From IMG/VR virus record IMGVR_UViG_3300012979_000044, positions 2,073 through 66,072 of that record: a stretch of DNA of 64,000 nucleotides; one strand, written 5' to 3'. The notes below the pieces were generated by a model that saw nothing but the letters and a program-made list of their open reading frames with translations, did not search any database and was not told the DNA's origin. Below are positions 8,755-19,200 of this stretch, piece after piece (position 1 is the first letter of the stretch; the number at the start of each line of letters is the position of its first letter). The stretch comes from a virus. Lineage: Duplodnaviria > Caudoviricetes. A program made the position numbers and the translations under genes.

Positions 8755-9096
8755 TTAGTTTTCCTCCTTATTTGATTTGTTTAAATTTTTATTGTAAAGT
8801 TCATCAGCTTTGGGATCCTTAAACGGTTTTCTTCCTGATATAATACGAACTTCATTAGGGGTAAGTATTTCATTACATTCTTTTAACGGACACCAATCGA
8901 ATACGTTTTTACTCAACCAATAAACGTTTCTATAAGCATCGATTTCTTCACCGGTCTCTTCGTCGTATTCGGGAGCGATTACACAACGGCCGATTCTTTC
9001 ATACAGTCCGTTATCTACAAGGTCGTATTGTTTATCACTACAGAATGGACATTCTATACAACATTTCGGTTTATCCAATGGGACTATGTAAGCCAT
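8755..9096 (-). CDS. Cys-rich hypothetical protein
   Basis: PKCCIECPFC...WCPLKE; GGAGG RBS. Confidence 0.7.
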   Translation of the reverse strand: MAYIVPLDKPKCCIECPFCSDKQYDLVDNGLYERIGRCVIAPEYDEETGEEIDAYRNVYWLSKNVFDWCPLKECNEILTPNEVRIISGRKPFKDPKADELYNKNLNKSNKEEN

Positions 9097-9108
9097 GTTA
9101 TCCCTCCT

Positions 9109-9606
9109 TTAAAAACGTTTAAACAAGTCTCTTTTTTTACCTAAGACCATCTCAACGAAACCCAACAGTTCCGTGAGTACTCGATCTGAGTGATTGGGCG
9201 TTCTTATGCTACCATCGAGAATCTTATTACCGAATTGTCGGATTTCCTCAATCGAGTATTCCGCTATCTCGTCAATACTTAGTATCTTAGATGTAGAACA
9301 GTCGAATATTGTTACATTATTGAACGGCTCAAGGATTTTCAGTTTTTCCTCATTCTTAATCCGTCCGATAAGATTTTCGAACGTCTCCACAAAATAATCG
9401 TCGTGCTCAGGGTCGATACCGAATAATCTAACTTTTTCAAGTTCATAGCCATCGTATGCGGCTTTGACATGTTTGTCGCCATATGTTACATGAAGTACCA
9501 TGAACACCATAGAGTCGCTACGACCGTCAAATTTTATGTCTAAGATAACGTTCTCTTTTTCAGCCAGTTCTTGCAAACGATAGGCTAGGGTTTCATTTTT
9601 ATCCAC
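9109..9606 (-). CDS. Hypothetical protein; C-terminal domain paralogous to 9780-10040
   Basis: FGNKILDG...LLGFVE...KRDLFKRF. Confidence 0.75.
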   Translation of the reverse strand: MDKNETLAYRLQELAEKENVILDIKFDGRSDSMVFMVLHVTYGDKHVKAAYDGYELEKVRLFGIDPEHDDYFVETFENLIGRIKNEEKLKILEPFNNVTIFDCSTSKILSIDEIAEYSIEEIRQFGNKILDGSIRTPNHSDRVLTELLGFVEMVLGKKRDLFKRF

Positions 9607-9609
9607 GCA

Positions 9610-9765
9610 TCATCCCTCCGCTTTCTCAGCATTGTTCTCTTCAACCCAGATACATCTGTCACCACAATCAATGCGGTACATAGAAATGTAACTAGCGATG
9701 GCTATTATTCTACCAACAGCGCCAGTAGCCTTATCTCTGATAATATCGTCAATGTTAAATTTCAT
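9610..9765 (-). CDS. 51-aa hypothetical protein
   Basis: Hand-translated MKFNIDDIIRDKATGAVGRII...; GGAGG RBS. Confidence 0.6.
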   Translation of the reverse strand: MKFNIDDIIRDKATGAVGRIIAIASYISMYRIDCGDRCIWVEENNAEKAEG

Positions 9766-9779
9766 TTTACTTTTCCTCC

Positions 9780-10040
9780 TTAAAAATAATTAAACAAGTT
9801 TCTCTTGACGCCCGAGGTCTTCTCGACGAAATCCAGTAATTTAACCAGAGCAGATTCGTGTCCCCCAGGTACTGTTATTTCTCCGTCAATAATATTATTG
9901 CCGAATTCTAGCAGTTCTTCATAATCGAAGTTAGCTATTTCCGCCACATATAACCGTCTTGATTTACGATTGTCCCATATGACTACGTCTCTTATTTCGG
10001 CCAATGAGTTAAGTCTAGCTTCATATTCTTTATACGTCAT
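9780..10040 (-). CDS. Hypothetical protein, paralog of the 9109-9606 C-terminus
   Basis: FGNNIIDG...LLDFVE...KRNLFNYF. Confidence 0.75.
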   Translation of the reverse strand: MTYKEYEARLNSLAEIRDVVIWDNRKSRRLYVAEIANFDYEELLEFGNNIIDGEITVPGGHESALVKLLDFVEKTSGVKRNLFNYF

Positions 10041-10049
10041 ATAAACGCC

Positions 10050-10382
10050 TCACATATTATCCTTAACGAACTCTTCTTTTGATACAATATTAATCTGGAT
10101 TCTATCAAAATCGATTCCGTATTCTTTTTCGTAACGTTTCTTAACCTCATTCGAAACAATCTTCATGCCCATTATTTCAGGTGTCTCCAAAACGAGCATA
10201 AGATCCTCGTAGAATTTTTTTATGTATTTTGGCTGATTTCCACGACCCTCAAATACCGCCAGCATAGCAACTACCATGTGTTCACCAATCTGGTTACATA
10301 TATCGGGAAGACGGTCGTACAGATCTTCAAGTGCGGCCTGTTTAGCATGCTCTCGTAATGACTTTCTGTTTAAACTGTTCAC
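10050..10382 (-). CDS. Hypothetical protein
   Basis: Co-oriented ORF; GGGGG RBS. Confidence 0.7.
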   Translation of the reverse strand: MNSLNRKSLREHAKQAALEDLYDRLPDICNQIGEHMVVAMLAVFEGRGNQPKYIKKFYEDLMLVLETPEIMGMKIVSNEVKKRYEKEYGIDFDRIQINIVSKEEFVKDNM

Positions 10383-10387
10383 GACGT

Positions 10388-10669
10388 CTACCCCCTCACA
10401 AACTTAGGACAATCACTTATGTTGGTACCCACCGTACCGTCTCTGAGTCTTTTAGTGTGGTATACGGTATCCTCGTAAACCTTACCAGTCATCATATACT
10501 GACAAGATCCATCGGTAGCTTTCGCACAGCACCAACAAAGAGCGTCTCGCATGGTGTGTGACGTTGGATTCTTTTTGTACATATCTTCACATTTTTTGCA
10601 GTTATACTTGCATGTCTTGCATTTTTCTCTGCCTGGTTTGTTGCTTTTGTATTCTCGTTTGTTATACAT
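10388..10669 (-). CDS. Cys-rich (Zn-binding-like) hypothetical protein
   Basis: CKTCKYNCKKC, CWCCAKATDGSC; start moved to MYNK. Confidence 0.65.
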   Translation of the reverse strand: MYNKREYKSNKPGREKCKTCKYNCKKCEDMYKKNPTSHTMRDALCWCCAKATDGSCQYMMTGKVYEDTVYHTKRLRDGTVGTNISDCPKFVRG

Positions 10670-10865
10670 ATTCGCCTCTCCTTTTAAGTTCATCGATAAA
10701 TTTTTGTACAGTTTCTTCTGAGCAGCATGCTGTATCAGCTATCTTCTTTTTGCTATAACCTGCTTCATGCATCTTCTGTACAAGATACATAGCCGCTGTC
10801 TGAGCAAGAAATGATGTTTTTTGCGGCTCGGTCAACTTCTGTCCGTTAATAATAATTTCGATCAT
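10662..10865 (-). CDS. Small HTH-like protein, paralog of 4780-4986
   Basis: YSKKKIADTACCSEETVQKFI; AGGAG RBS. Confidence 0.7.
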   Translation of the reverse strand: MIEIIINGQKLTEPQKTSFLAQTAAMYLVQKMHEAGYSKKKIADTACCSEETVQKFIDELKRRGEYV

Positions 10866-10891
10866 GGTTAAATCTCCTTTTTCTACGCGAA

Positions 10892-11575
10892 TCAATAGAA
10901 GTGATTGTATGTGCCATCTCCGTAGAAATACAGATACGAACCAAACTCGTCCGGATGCGCAAAGTAATAATCTACCGCTTCCTTAACCGAGGATGTGACA
11001 TTACTTGTAAAATCATAATACGCAACATAACCGCTGAACTGATTCGGCTGGGTTACGACTTCGTATACAGTGTTGGGAAATATATCGGAATTAACACGGT
11101 TCATTACTGTGGCCACAACTTTAGCTTTCTCCTCAACCGGCACCCAATCTGAGCCGTACTCTCTCGCTACAAGATTACAAAGTAATACGTAATCATCGTA
11201 CGTAGGCTCTTCGTATGAAACGTCGTTATTCACCGGTTCAACGTACGTAGCCGGCGCTGTGGTTGTGGATATCACCGTTGTAGATGTGGTTGTAGTAGCA
11301 GTCGTTGTAGTGTTTGTGGTGTGTTTAGTAGTTGTAATAGCTGTCGTCGTTGTCGCTACAGGTATCTCAACTACGGTAAAATATGAGTCCTCGGGTTTCG
11401 CTGTCGCAAAGCGAATATAGAACCCAAGCATAAGTAATATAAACCATGTAAGTAGCCACATGGAGACACAGACCACGAGTAATATTCGGAATCGCTCCTT
11501 ATCGATGTCTCGGGGTGTCACTTCGTCCGTACCCGTCTCTTCAACAGCCGTGTTTTTGTTTTCGTTATTGTTCAT
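10892..11575 (-). CDS. Membrane-anchored SleB-like cell wall hydrolase
   Basis: TM helix, Thr-rich linker, LVAREYG...VVATVMNRV...FPNTVYEVVTQPNQFS. Confidence 0.8.
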   Translation of the reverse strand: MNNNENKNTAVEETGTDEVTPRDIDKERFRILLVVCVSMWLLTWFILLMLGFYIRFATAKPEDSYFTVVEIPVATTTTAITTTKHTTNTTTTATTTTSTTVISTTTAPATYVEPVNNDVSYEEPTYDDYVLLCNLVAREYGSDWVPVEEKAKVVATVMNRVNSDIFPNTVYEVVTQPNQFSGYVAYYDFTSNVTSSVKEAVDYYFAHPDEFGSYLYFYGDGTYNHFY

Positions 11576-11637
11576 TACTTTTCTCCTTAAAAATAAAATT
11601 AAGAGACCTACAGTTGTTAGTAAGTCCCTTTTATGTT

Positions 11638-11811
11638 TTATGTTCCCTGTGATTTATTGGCCATATCAATAATCATTCTATGTATTTCTTTAGATTTCTC
11701 AGGATCGTCACCTGAAGCTATACGTAATTTCTCGTTATATTGATCGAGTAAATCGCATAGTTCAATGTGCATTTCCATGAGCTCTGTAAATAATTCTTTC
11801 ATGGCAGCCAT
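11638..11811 (-). CDS. 57-aa hypothetical protein
   Basis: GGAGG RBS before MAAMKELF; in a cassette. Confidence 0.65.
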   Translation of the reverse strand: MAAMKELFTELMEMHIELCDLLDQYNEKLRIASGDDPEKSKEIHRMIIDMANKSQGT

Positions 11812-11899
11812 AATATCACCTCCCATAAAACGCTGTGTTTTTCGCACGAGAAGCAAAACTAAGAGACTTACAGTTGTTAGTAAGCCTCTTGTTGCTAAG

Positions 11900-12220
11900 C
11901 TAGTCCGCCATATGTTCATACCAGTAGTCATCATTAGGATTGTAGTAGTCCGGTAATTCCCTCGTCGTCAAAATGATCGAGTAAGCGCTGTAACCGTTCA
12001 TGTAGAAATCATGTGACATATAAACGTGCGAGTCATCCGAATTATCGAAAAACTTGTAGTCATAGTCTTTATTTGATATCTCAGCTATTAACGCTTTTCT
12101 CGATTTTTCGGATGCGACCTCCGCATCGTTTTTATCATCATGTTCTGATAGAAGTTCATAACTCCATCCGTCATCAATGTGATCGGGGGAATATCCTTTG
12201 TAAATTTTAAATTTTTTCAT
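11900..12220 (-). CDS. Acidic hypothetical protein
   Basis: AGGAG RBS; in a cassette; shares a 45-bp leader with 32810 and 33711 genes. Confidence 0.75.
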   Translation of the reverse strand: MKKFKIYKGYSPDHIDDGWSYELLSEHDDKNDAEVASEKSRKALIAEISNKDYDYKFFDNSDDSHVYMSHDFYMNGYSAYSIILTTRELPDYYNPNDDYWYEHMAD

Positions 12221-12289
12221 AATGATTCTCCTTTATAAATATGATGTAAAGCTTTTGCTTTCATAAAGGAAAATGATCATATCGCGAAT

Positions 12290-13558
12290 CTACGCATATC
12301 GTCTCGTGGTGTTCGGTGAATAGGTCATTCTGATATTCGATTTGTCAACCCACTTGGTCTCGTTAAACCGTTTCTTGTTCGCAACAGCTCTAGCGATAGC
12401 CAAGTCGATAGATGCCTTAGATTTCAAATGGAAATAGTACAGCTTTTCATATGGTGTGTTCAGTCGGTCAATTCGACCAGCAGCCTGCGCCATTACCTTG
12501 TACGAATAATTCTGCGAGTAGAATATAATAGTATCTGTCTTGATACAGTTCCATCCCTCGCATCCGGCAGTATACTGAACCAAATATACCCAACGTTTTG
12601 TATCGGGAACCGGTTCGTGCTTATGTCCATTCCACTGAGCGATCTTTACCTTTTTTCCGTAATAAAGATTTTTGAGAATCTCCAATTCGTAATCGAAGTT
12701 GTAGAATATAATCGCTCTTGGATGCTCTTCAAGGATTTCAAGGAGTTTCACTTGTCTCGATTCGTCCTCATTTACAATTCTTCGAAGCACATAACATAAA
12801 CCCGAAGCCTGTTGGATAGGTTCGTTCTTATATGGATCCCAGCGATCTCGTTGAGCGTCCTTATACTTCGCTCGATCATATTCTACAACGATATCTTCAT
12901 GGATAGCTTCCGTTTTTCTCGTGAAATCCATATCGATTAGAATTTGATTTCGCTGGCGAATGAGTCGCCCAGTGTTAATGTATTTTTCAATCTTTGGATA
13001 TTTACTAAAACGAGAGAATACCACATGTTCGCGGTTGAACTCGGTTTTATTTTTGTAAAATCTATTCGCTACAAAGACCGGAATATAATCGACCCAAGAG
13101 TCGCCGGGTGTTGCTGATAATATGATCCAGTCGTTTTTTCTAGCCAAATCCAAGAATACTTTTACCCATACGCCATTGCCGGTTACACGATCCTCGTCGA
13201 ATATAAAGAATGCGCCATGTACATCTTTGTACTTTTTGATATTATTCCAGGAATCTATAACAATACGATTATCGTAGTAGTTCACTTCGGGATCGGGAGA
13301 CATCAAATAATTACACAATTCGCCTTCCCATTCCAGACTGTTACGTTTCATGGCTGTAGTGATGATATAAAGATCTTTTGGTTTTTTCATGTATGTATGT
13401 TCACTACCTTCGATCCATCCGCCCTGCTCTTTGAAATAATAAAAGAGTCCAGTTCTAGATTTACCAGAACCAACTCCTCCGTTCAGGATACAACCGTTAG
13501 ACATTTTTTCAACAGCGTTCATTTGATAATCGTATAGAAATTCACCCACAAATACCAC
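12290..13558 (-). CDS. Superfamily 2 helicase
   Basis: GGVGSGKS (Walker A), FIFDE, LSATPG, GCEGWN, QAAGRIDR. Confidence 0.85.
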   Translation of the reverse strand: MVFVGEFLYDYQMNAVEKMSNGCILNGGVGSGKSRTGLFYYFKEQGGWIEGSEHTYMKKPKDLYIITTAMKRNSLEWEGELCNYLMSPDPEVNYYDNRIVIDSWNNIKKYKDVHGAFFIFDEDRVTGNGVWVKVFLDLARKNDWIILSATPGDSWVDYIPVFVANRFYKNKTEFNREHVVFSRFSKYPKIEKYINTGRLIRQRNQILIDMDFTRKTEAIHEDIVVEYDRAKYKDAQRDRWDPYKNEPIQQASGLCYVLRRIVNEDESRQVKLLEILEEHPRAIIFYNFDYELEILKNLYYGKKVKIAQWNGHKHEPVPDTKRWVYLVQYTAGCEGWNCIKTDTIIFYSQNYSYKVMAQAAGRIDRLNTPYEKLYYFHLKSKASIDLAIARAVANKKRFNETKWVDKSNIRMTYSPNTTRRYA

Positions 13559-13611
13559 CTCCAGAAAAAATTAAAGGGACCAGTTGTTTTTACCGGTCCC
13601 AATAATTGAGA

Positions 13612-13821
13612 TTAAATATGAAATCCTATTTCGACTTTGTTTTTAGCTTCTGTGTTTTTGGTTTCAGTAATCGGCATATCCAATTTGGCTCTGATCTTGT
13701 TTTCGAGTCCGGATTCTTTTAATAAGTCTCCAAGAACTACATCAAGCGCTTTCGCCGTTGTATATCCAATGTAGAAACCGAAACCCAGTTTAATCGCTTC
13801 TTTGATTGTCATAGGTCTCAT
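13612..13821 (-). CDS. Small membrane-associated protein
   Basis: LGFGFYIGY hydrophobic segment; in a cassette. Confidence 0.65.
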   Translation of the reverse strand: MRPMTIKEAIKLGFGFYIGYTTAKALDVVLGDLLKESGLENKIRAKLDMPITETKNTEAKNKVEIGFHI

Positions 13822-13846
13822 CTCCTTTCATTAAAGGCTATGAAAA

Positions 13847-14011
13847 TTACGCGTCTTTCTCTTTTTCTTCGTAGTTAACCGGCTTTTCGGTATGCTCGTT
13901 TACCGGCATTGCCAAACACTCGTTACATGGTTCCTCTGTTCCGTCAAGTTCCAAGTGTCTGCATGTCTGACAATGCACGGCGTAGTTAACGATTCTGATG
14001 TCTCTACTCAT
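13847..14011 (-). CDS. 54-aa CxxC protein
   Basis: MSRDIRIVNYAVHCQTC...PCNECL; start moved downstream of the track start. Confidence 0.65.
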   Translation of the reverse strand: MSRDIRIVNYAVHCQTCRHLELDGTEEPCNECLAMPVNEHTEKPVNYEEKEKDA

Positions 14012-14846
14012 TAGCAGCCTCGTCTTTCTCAGGGAGCCACTTTCTGAATTCGTTGTAGTAGCTACCCTTATTACCAAGGAACTTCTTAGCAATAGCCATA
14101 GCAAGACCCTTTTCGGGATCGAATGCGTCGTTATCAGCCTTTACAACCGTCTTTGTGTCATCGTTCCAGAACACGATAGTTGCAGGATTGTTGAATATAA
14201 CCTCTTTAATTCGGAGAGGCTCGCCGTATACCTTTGTAATTTTCATATTATTCTCCTTTTCTTTATTGATGGTTGGTTCTAGCAGCTCTTCTAAATCCTT
14301 ACGATAAATAGATAAGAGAGCGTCGATTTCATCCTGATGACGTTTACACTCAATTTCTTTCGCCTTTTCATTTGACATCGAATTCATCACGTCGTTTATA
14401 CACTTTATGTCGTCAGGCGTTAAGAAACGAGTTGTCGTAATGCTTTCATTAGGTCCCGTGGCAAATGCGCCATAGATATTGTTTAACACCGTCTTTTCCG
14501 CAGTGCGTTCGTCGACACCAGCAGCTATTAATCGGTTGATTTCATAAAGCATACGATTTTTTCCACTGTTTCTAGACGTCATCAAATAATAATTAATCTT
14601 CGGTCCCTGCTCCATTCGCTTCTTCTGCTCAGTTACGTAGTCCCAAGCAGTCAGCGCGTTTGCAGTCGCTTCATCGATGTATCGATATCCACTGTTAATA
14701 TTACCTATAAGAACTCCGACACCCGACTTGTCCGCCATTTGTTCCATATATTCCATGAATCTTTTAGCTTCGGCACTAGAAGGTAACGCCGTATGTTTGT
14801 TAGGGTTTTCCTTCCGCCAAGCAGCATAAGACATAGTTTCAGCCAT
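14004..14846 (-). CDS. Hypothetical protein with a conserved phage C-terminal domain
   Basis: IKEVIFNNPATIVFW.D.TKTVVK...DPEKGLAMAIAK. Confidence 0.75.
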   Translation of the reverse strand: MAETMSYAAWRKENPNKHTALPSSAEAKRFMEYMEQMADKSGVGVLIGNINSGYRYIDEATANALTAWDYVTEQKKRMEQGPKINYYLMTSRNSGKNRMLYEINRLIAAGVDERTAEKTVLNNIYGAFATGPNESITTTRFLTPDDIKCINDVMNSMSNEKAKEIECKRHQDEIDALLSIYRKDLEELLEPTINKEKENNMKITKVYGEPLRIKEVIFNNPATIVFWNDDTKTVVKADNDAFDPEKGLAMAIAKKFLGNKGSYYNEFRKWLPEKDEAANE

Positions 14847-14858
14847 ATGAATCTCCTT

Positions 14859-15065
14859 TCAAAATTTATGAATATAGAATCTTCGTTCTTCGATAACTCC
14901 GTCATCATTACAAGTCAACTTAACTCGTAATTTCTGATCCGGAATATCAAAGATCCATTTATTTGATACTGGATCGGTATACCATTCAACAATATCTTCA
15001 TACTCACCATAATGCTTATCAAAATACGCATTTAAATGTTTGCTGTAGAATCTATTTGTTTTCAT
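14859..15065 (-). CDS. Hypothetical protein
   Basis: GAGGTG RBS before MKTNRF. Confidence 0.65.
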   Translation of the reverse strand: MKTNRFYSKHLNAYFDKHYGEYEDIVEWYTDPVSNKWIFDIPDQKLRVKLTCNDDGVIEERRFYIHKF

Positions 15066-15075
15066 GGTGAACACC

Positions 15076-15546
15076 TCACAAATATCCTTTTTCTTTTAAG
15101 CTGACGTACTTACCATCGCCGATAACCAAATGATCCAACACGTTGATACCAAGAATTTCACCAGACTCGATTAGTCGTTTGGTAACTTTAATATCCTCGG
15201 CACTTGGTGTCGGATCTCCACTTGGATGGTTATGGGCTAGGATAATACCTACAGCATTAGCTAATAGGGCCTTTTGAAATACCTCTCTAGGCCCTACGAT
15301 TGAACTATTAACATTTCCGTGAGAAATTTCAAATACAGACGTCATTACCATTTTTGTGTTAAAGCAAAACATATACATATACTCTTCTGAGTCAAGATGC
15401 ATACGTAGAAAGTTTCTAGCAAATAAATATACATCATCCGGACTAGTAAACTTGTTTTCCAATCCTGCATAATTGATACTAATTTCTTTCGTAAGTTCCA
15501 CTTTTTTACTTTCAGTAAGTTTAGTTTTGTATTTAGTGACCCTCAC
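15076..15546 (-). CDS. RadC-like JAB domain protein
   Basis: PREVF...AHNHPSGDPTPSAEDIKVTKRL...LDHLVIG. Confidence 0.9.
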   Translation of the reverse strand: MRVTKYKTKLTESKKVELTKEISINYAGLENKFTSPDDVYLFARNFLRMHLDSEEYMYMFCFNTKMVMTSVFEISHGNVNSSIVGPREVFQKALLANAVGIILAHNHPSGDPTPSAEDIKVTKRLIESGEILGINVLDHLVIGDGKYVSLKEKGYL

Positions 15547-15570
15547 TGTTCTCAGTCCTTTTTAATAGAT

Positions 15571-16038
15571 TTAATCTTCGTACTCCATGTCCGCTGCGAA
15601 TCTATCTACGTCCTGAACAACATTAATAGCCTGCAAATATGCAGTTCTACCCTGCTTACCGTTTACATCCCAGTCATAAGGACGAATATCGAGATCAACT
15701 CCGATAATATCAACACGGTCAAGTCTGCCGACATTGTGTTCTTCGAGTCTGATCTTGTTACGTCCTGACTGCAGATATACAGCAGGTCCTCTGTCATTGA
15801 ACTTAACCTTTACAGGTAAGAACATAAATGGCTCTTCGCCTTCCTCACGAGGTGGCTTAATCTTTACGTTCCAACCCTGAGCTGCAAGTTCATCTGCAAG
15901 CTCGGTAGTGGGAATAACAACAGAGAAGTTTCTGTCTCCCTCTCTGTTATACTTTGATGCTTCTCCACTGAAATTTCTGTGAATGATTCTGCAATCATCA
16001 ATCTGTAAGATTCCTCTTGGTGCAAAAGTGATTTCCAT
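15571..16038 (-). CDS. Probable single-stranded DNA-binding protein
   Basis: RNFSG..SKYN.EG.RNF, acidic/aromatic tail DMEYED; next to the replicase. Confidence 0.65.
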   Translation of the reverse strand: MEITFAPRGILQIDDCRIIHRNFSGEASKYNREGDRNFSVVIPTTELADELAAQGWNVKIKPPREEGEEPFMFLPVKVKFNDRGPAVYLQSGRNKIRLEEHNVGRLDRVDIIGVDLDIRPYDWDVNGKQGRTAYLQAINVVQDVDRFAADMEYED

Positions 16039-16136
16039 AGTTTTAATTTCCTTTCTGGTTTAAAAAATTTTTTAATATAAAAACTAAGACACTCGAATCG
16101 TCATTCTAAGTGTCTTCAGTCTTCTGCGAGTTTTAC

Positions 16137-16211
16137 TCATTTGCTATTTTTGTTATCAGTAAGCCATTTGAATACTAAGTAGCCGACTAATACTGCGATT
16201 GCTAATTCCAT
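16137..16211 (-). CDS. 24-aa hydrophobic peptide resembling Fst-like type I toxins
   Basis: MELAIAVLVGYLVFKWLTDNKNSK; GGGGGTG RBS; own motif copy (16228) and terminator (16086-16116). Confidence 0.6.
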   Translation of the reverse strand: MELAIAVLVGYLVFKWLTDNKNSK

Positions 16212-16254
16212 GAGTTTTCACCCCCTTCATATAAGAGGATGAAAATTACGCGAG

Positions 16255-19200
16255 TCAGAACGGCTCGTAGAATGAACTAGCATAGTCGCTATTATCGTGA
16301 CCCTTCTTGCAGTATATCTTGCCGCCATCGACTACCAAGTTGCTACATCCAGTACAGGTGTCTCTTCCACATTCCATTACCCATGGAAGATCAATCGGTA
16401 GTGGTACTGTCTCGTCAGACACGAACCACTCGAAGTCTCCGTACTTAGATATCTCTGCAACAGCATCGTCGATAAGTTTCGTATAGAATGATCTGTCAAT
16501 ATCACCCTCACGACCCATCATCTTTATCTGTTCAGACTCAACCCAACGATATCCAGTAGAGCCTGGAGCAGCATAATTCTTACCGTCAGCTACACGATAC
16601 AATATACCACCGTTCGTACCCTCAGCTACAGGACAGAACTGTCCGACACGTCCTACGAATGCCATATCATGGCCCTCAGATATCACCGATGTTAATTCGT
16701 CATCTGACATAGACGCATACTCGTCAACCAAAGCAAGGTCACGTTTACGACATTTGTCTGCTTTGCCGTTAGCGATAGCGAGCCTCGTATCATGAATAAG
16801 CTCCCATTCAGATACGTCAGGAAGTGACTCGTTGAAATCCAAATATAAGTCGCCCTTAGATACTGCGAATGTCTCACACATATCCTCGAATACGATATCT
16901 TCCTTGCTGAACAGAGTTTTGAACAGATATGGAACAGCGAATTGCTTACCAGTAGCAGTCCATTTACCGCCCTTTTTCTTGTTGTCGCCAGGAATATAAC
17001 CGTACATCTTCTCACATTTGTCAGGCATTGCGTACTTAGCAATATACACAGCGTCATTGACAAGCGTCATCTTGTCGTAAGTAGCCTCATGCTCGAATGT
17101 ATATCCGTAACGCTTACCGAAATTATAAACGAATTCGATAATTTCTTTCGTAGCGTTCTCGATTTTGATAGAGTCTGTCTTGATGTGAACGACCTTGAAA
17201 CCCTGTTCACGTACAGCTTCTCTCAGGTCAAGCATGAACAATGCGCCACGCTTAGCTACGATATTGTCAACGTTACGAGGATCTCTGAATGCATTATCGA
17301 AGTGAGCAGCCGTCAATCCGTAAACCGAGTTAATAGCTGTTTTCAATGCGTTAGCAAGATCGCCACTTGACATCTCACCACGTATTACTTTCTCGACGTA
17401 TGGTGTAAGCTTTCCGTCAAGCATTTCATTAACGACATCCCATGATTCGTGTTTAATTTCAACTCGTCCGTACACGATGTCGTAGAATGCTCTGGTGAAT
17501 CTCGGTCCAAATATACACTCTGCCATTGCCGAATGTGGATGCATTGACGCTACGTCATCCAGACCTACGTTTACGTACATTCCTGGGATTCCCTCAGCCC
17601 AACCACCTTCGCCTACTTCTTCACCACGATAATATGACTTACCGTTTTCGAATTTGTAGCCTGGGAAATATGGAAGAAGCGAACCAGCTTCGCCATGACG
17701 TTGTGCCATCATTTCGGGGAATTTCTCCCTGAGGAATTTCTCAACTTCTGGATCAAGCTCGAATACAGGCTCAGCTAAGTTACGATAACAGAACTCACGC
17801 TGAGGATTTTTCTCATTACCAAATATAAATCTGGTAGTAAGTGTATTCGTTGTATCGTTAACTGTCATTCCGGCTAAGTCTGCAAGAATCTGTCTCGCAG
17901 TCCAGTCCGCTGATAAATATTCGAAGGCTGCTTCAGTAGCGATTACGTCATTATCACAATACTCAGCTACCTTAGGCCAAAGTTCTTCTGGAACAGGTTG
18001 ATCCCAAGGAAGTCCAAGCTCCTGATGGTGGATACCCATTTCGATTTCGAGCTTCTTCAGAGATTTCTTGTTACCCGCAGAAGCGAAATCATAAATATCT
18101 GTATAACTAAGATTGTAAGCAGCACCGAAGAATGCATTTCTGTCTCCGGCTATAATTCTCTGAGAAATATGATATAACTCTTCGTTTGTCTTACCCATGA
18201 GACGAGCATATATGATGTGGTTATCATATCTACGATTATTGAAACCGATAAGACGATAATGTGTCAGCATCTCAATATCGCTCGGACTAGGGTTTATCAT
18301 TCGTATAACGGGGTTCTCCTTGCCTTGGAACTTGTAATTCACAATGAACAGGTTAGGGAATACCTCGATATCAAAGAATACAATCGGAATATCGCCGTCC
18401 GTATCCACATTTGCAGCTGGTTCGTCAGACTTGAATTTCATCTTGTCGACGGTATCCATGCAAATATCAGCTTTATTAGTGCTGTTTCCTGCAAATGCAA
18501 GTATTGAATTATACATATCGGATACGTCATAAATCATACCTGAGTTGTAAGCATCTTCAAGAAGCTTATATATAAAATCAACACTGCATTTGGTACTTGA
18601 ATGTATTTCTTTATTGAGGTTCTTTTTGATCAGAACTCTCAAATGTTTTTCGTTTTTTATGCTATCTGACGATAACATTTTACCATCCTCCTTTAGCGGT
18701 AATCCTGAAGATATCACCGCGATGGGTAAGTTAACGCATTTAGTTAGCATTCGTCTTAATGAACTATTGCCTGTGAATGCTTTAATCTCAATCTTGTCAT
18801 CATAGACACGACTGAGTTTCTCTACATCTCCCGTATAAATATAATGGAGATGGATGCCGGTACCACTCTTAGATAACTCTGCGTACGTAGCCGGCCACTT
18901 GGAAGCCTCTGCTAAATTTAGCTCTAATGATTTTTTACCGTCAGGACCAGTCAAATCGAAATCGATTATGATGTGATTTTCCGGCACCTTGACATAATGC
19001 AGTTTATGTGTATCAATATCACCGAGTTTTGAAGTGACGTTAATCCATTTGTTTATAGGTGTCTGTTTCAATGATGTATACTGAGCCAAACAATCAACGC
19101 ATTCTTTGTCGAATAACGAATCCTGTTCCTCGAAATCAAGCCATGTTTTTTGTTCGGTCTTTATTTCTTCTTTTTTCTCAGTCTCAGTTTCGAATTTGTC

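Larger units (their letters stand above)
11824..16252 (-). promoter_or_regulatory. Four copies of CGCG-N16-TTATG motif (cluster B)
   Basis: Copies at 11824 (CGTG variant), 12262, 13829, 16228. Confidence 0.8.
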
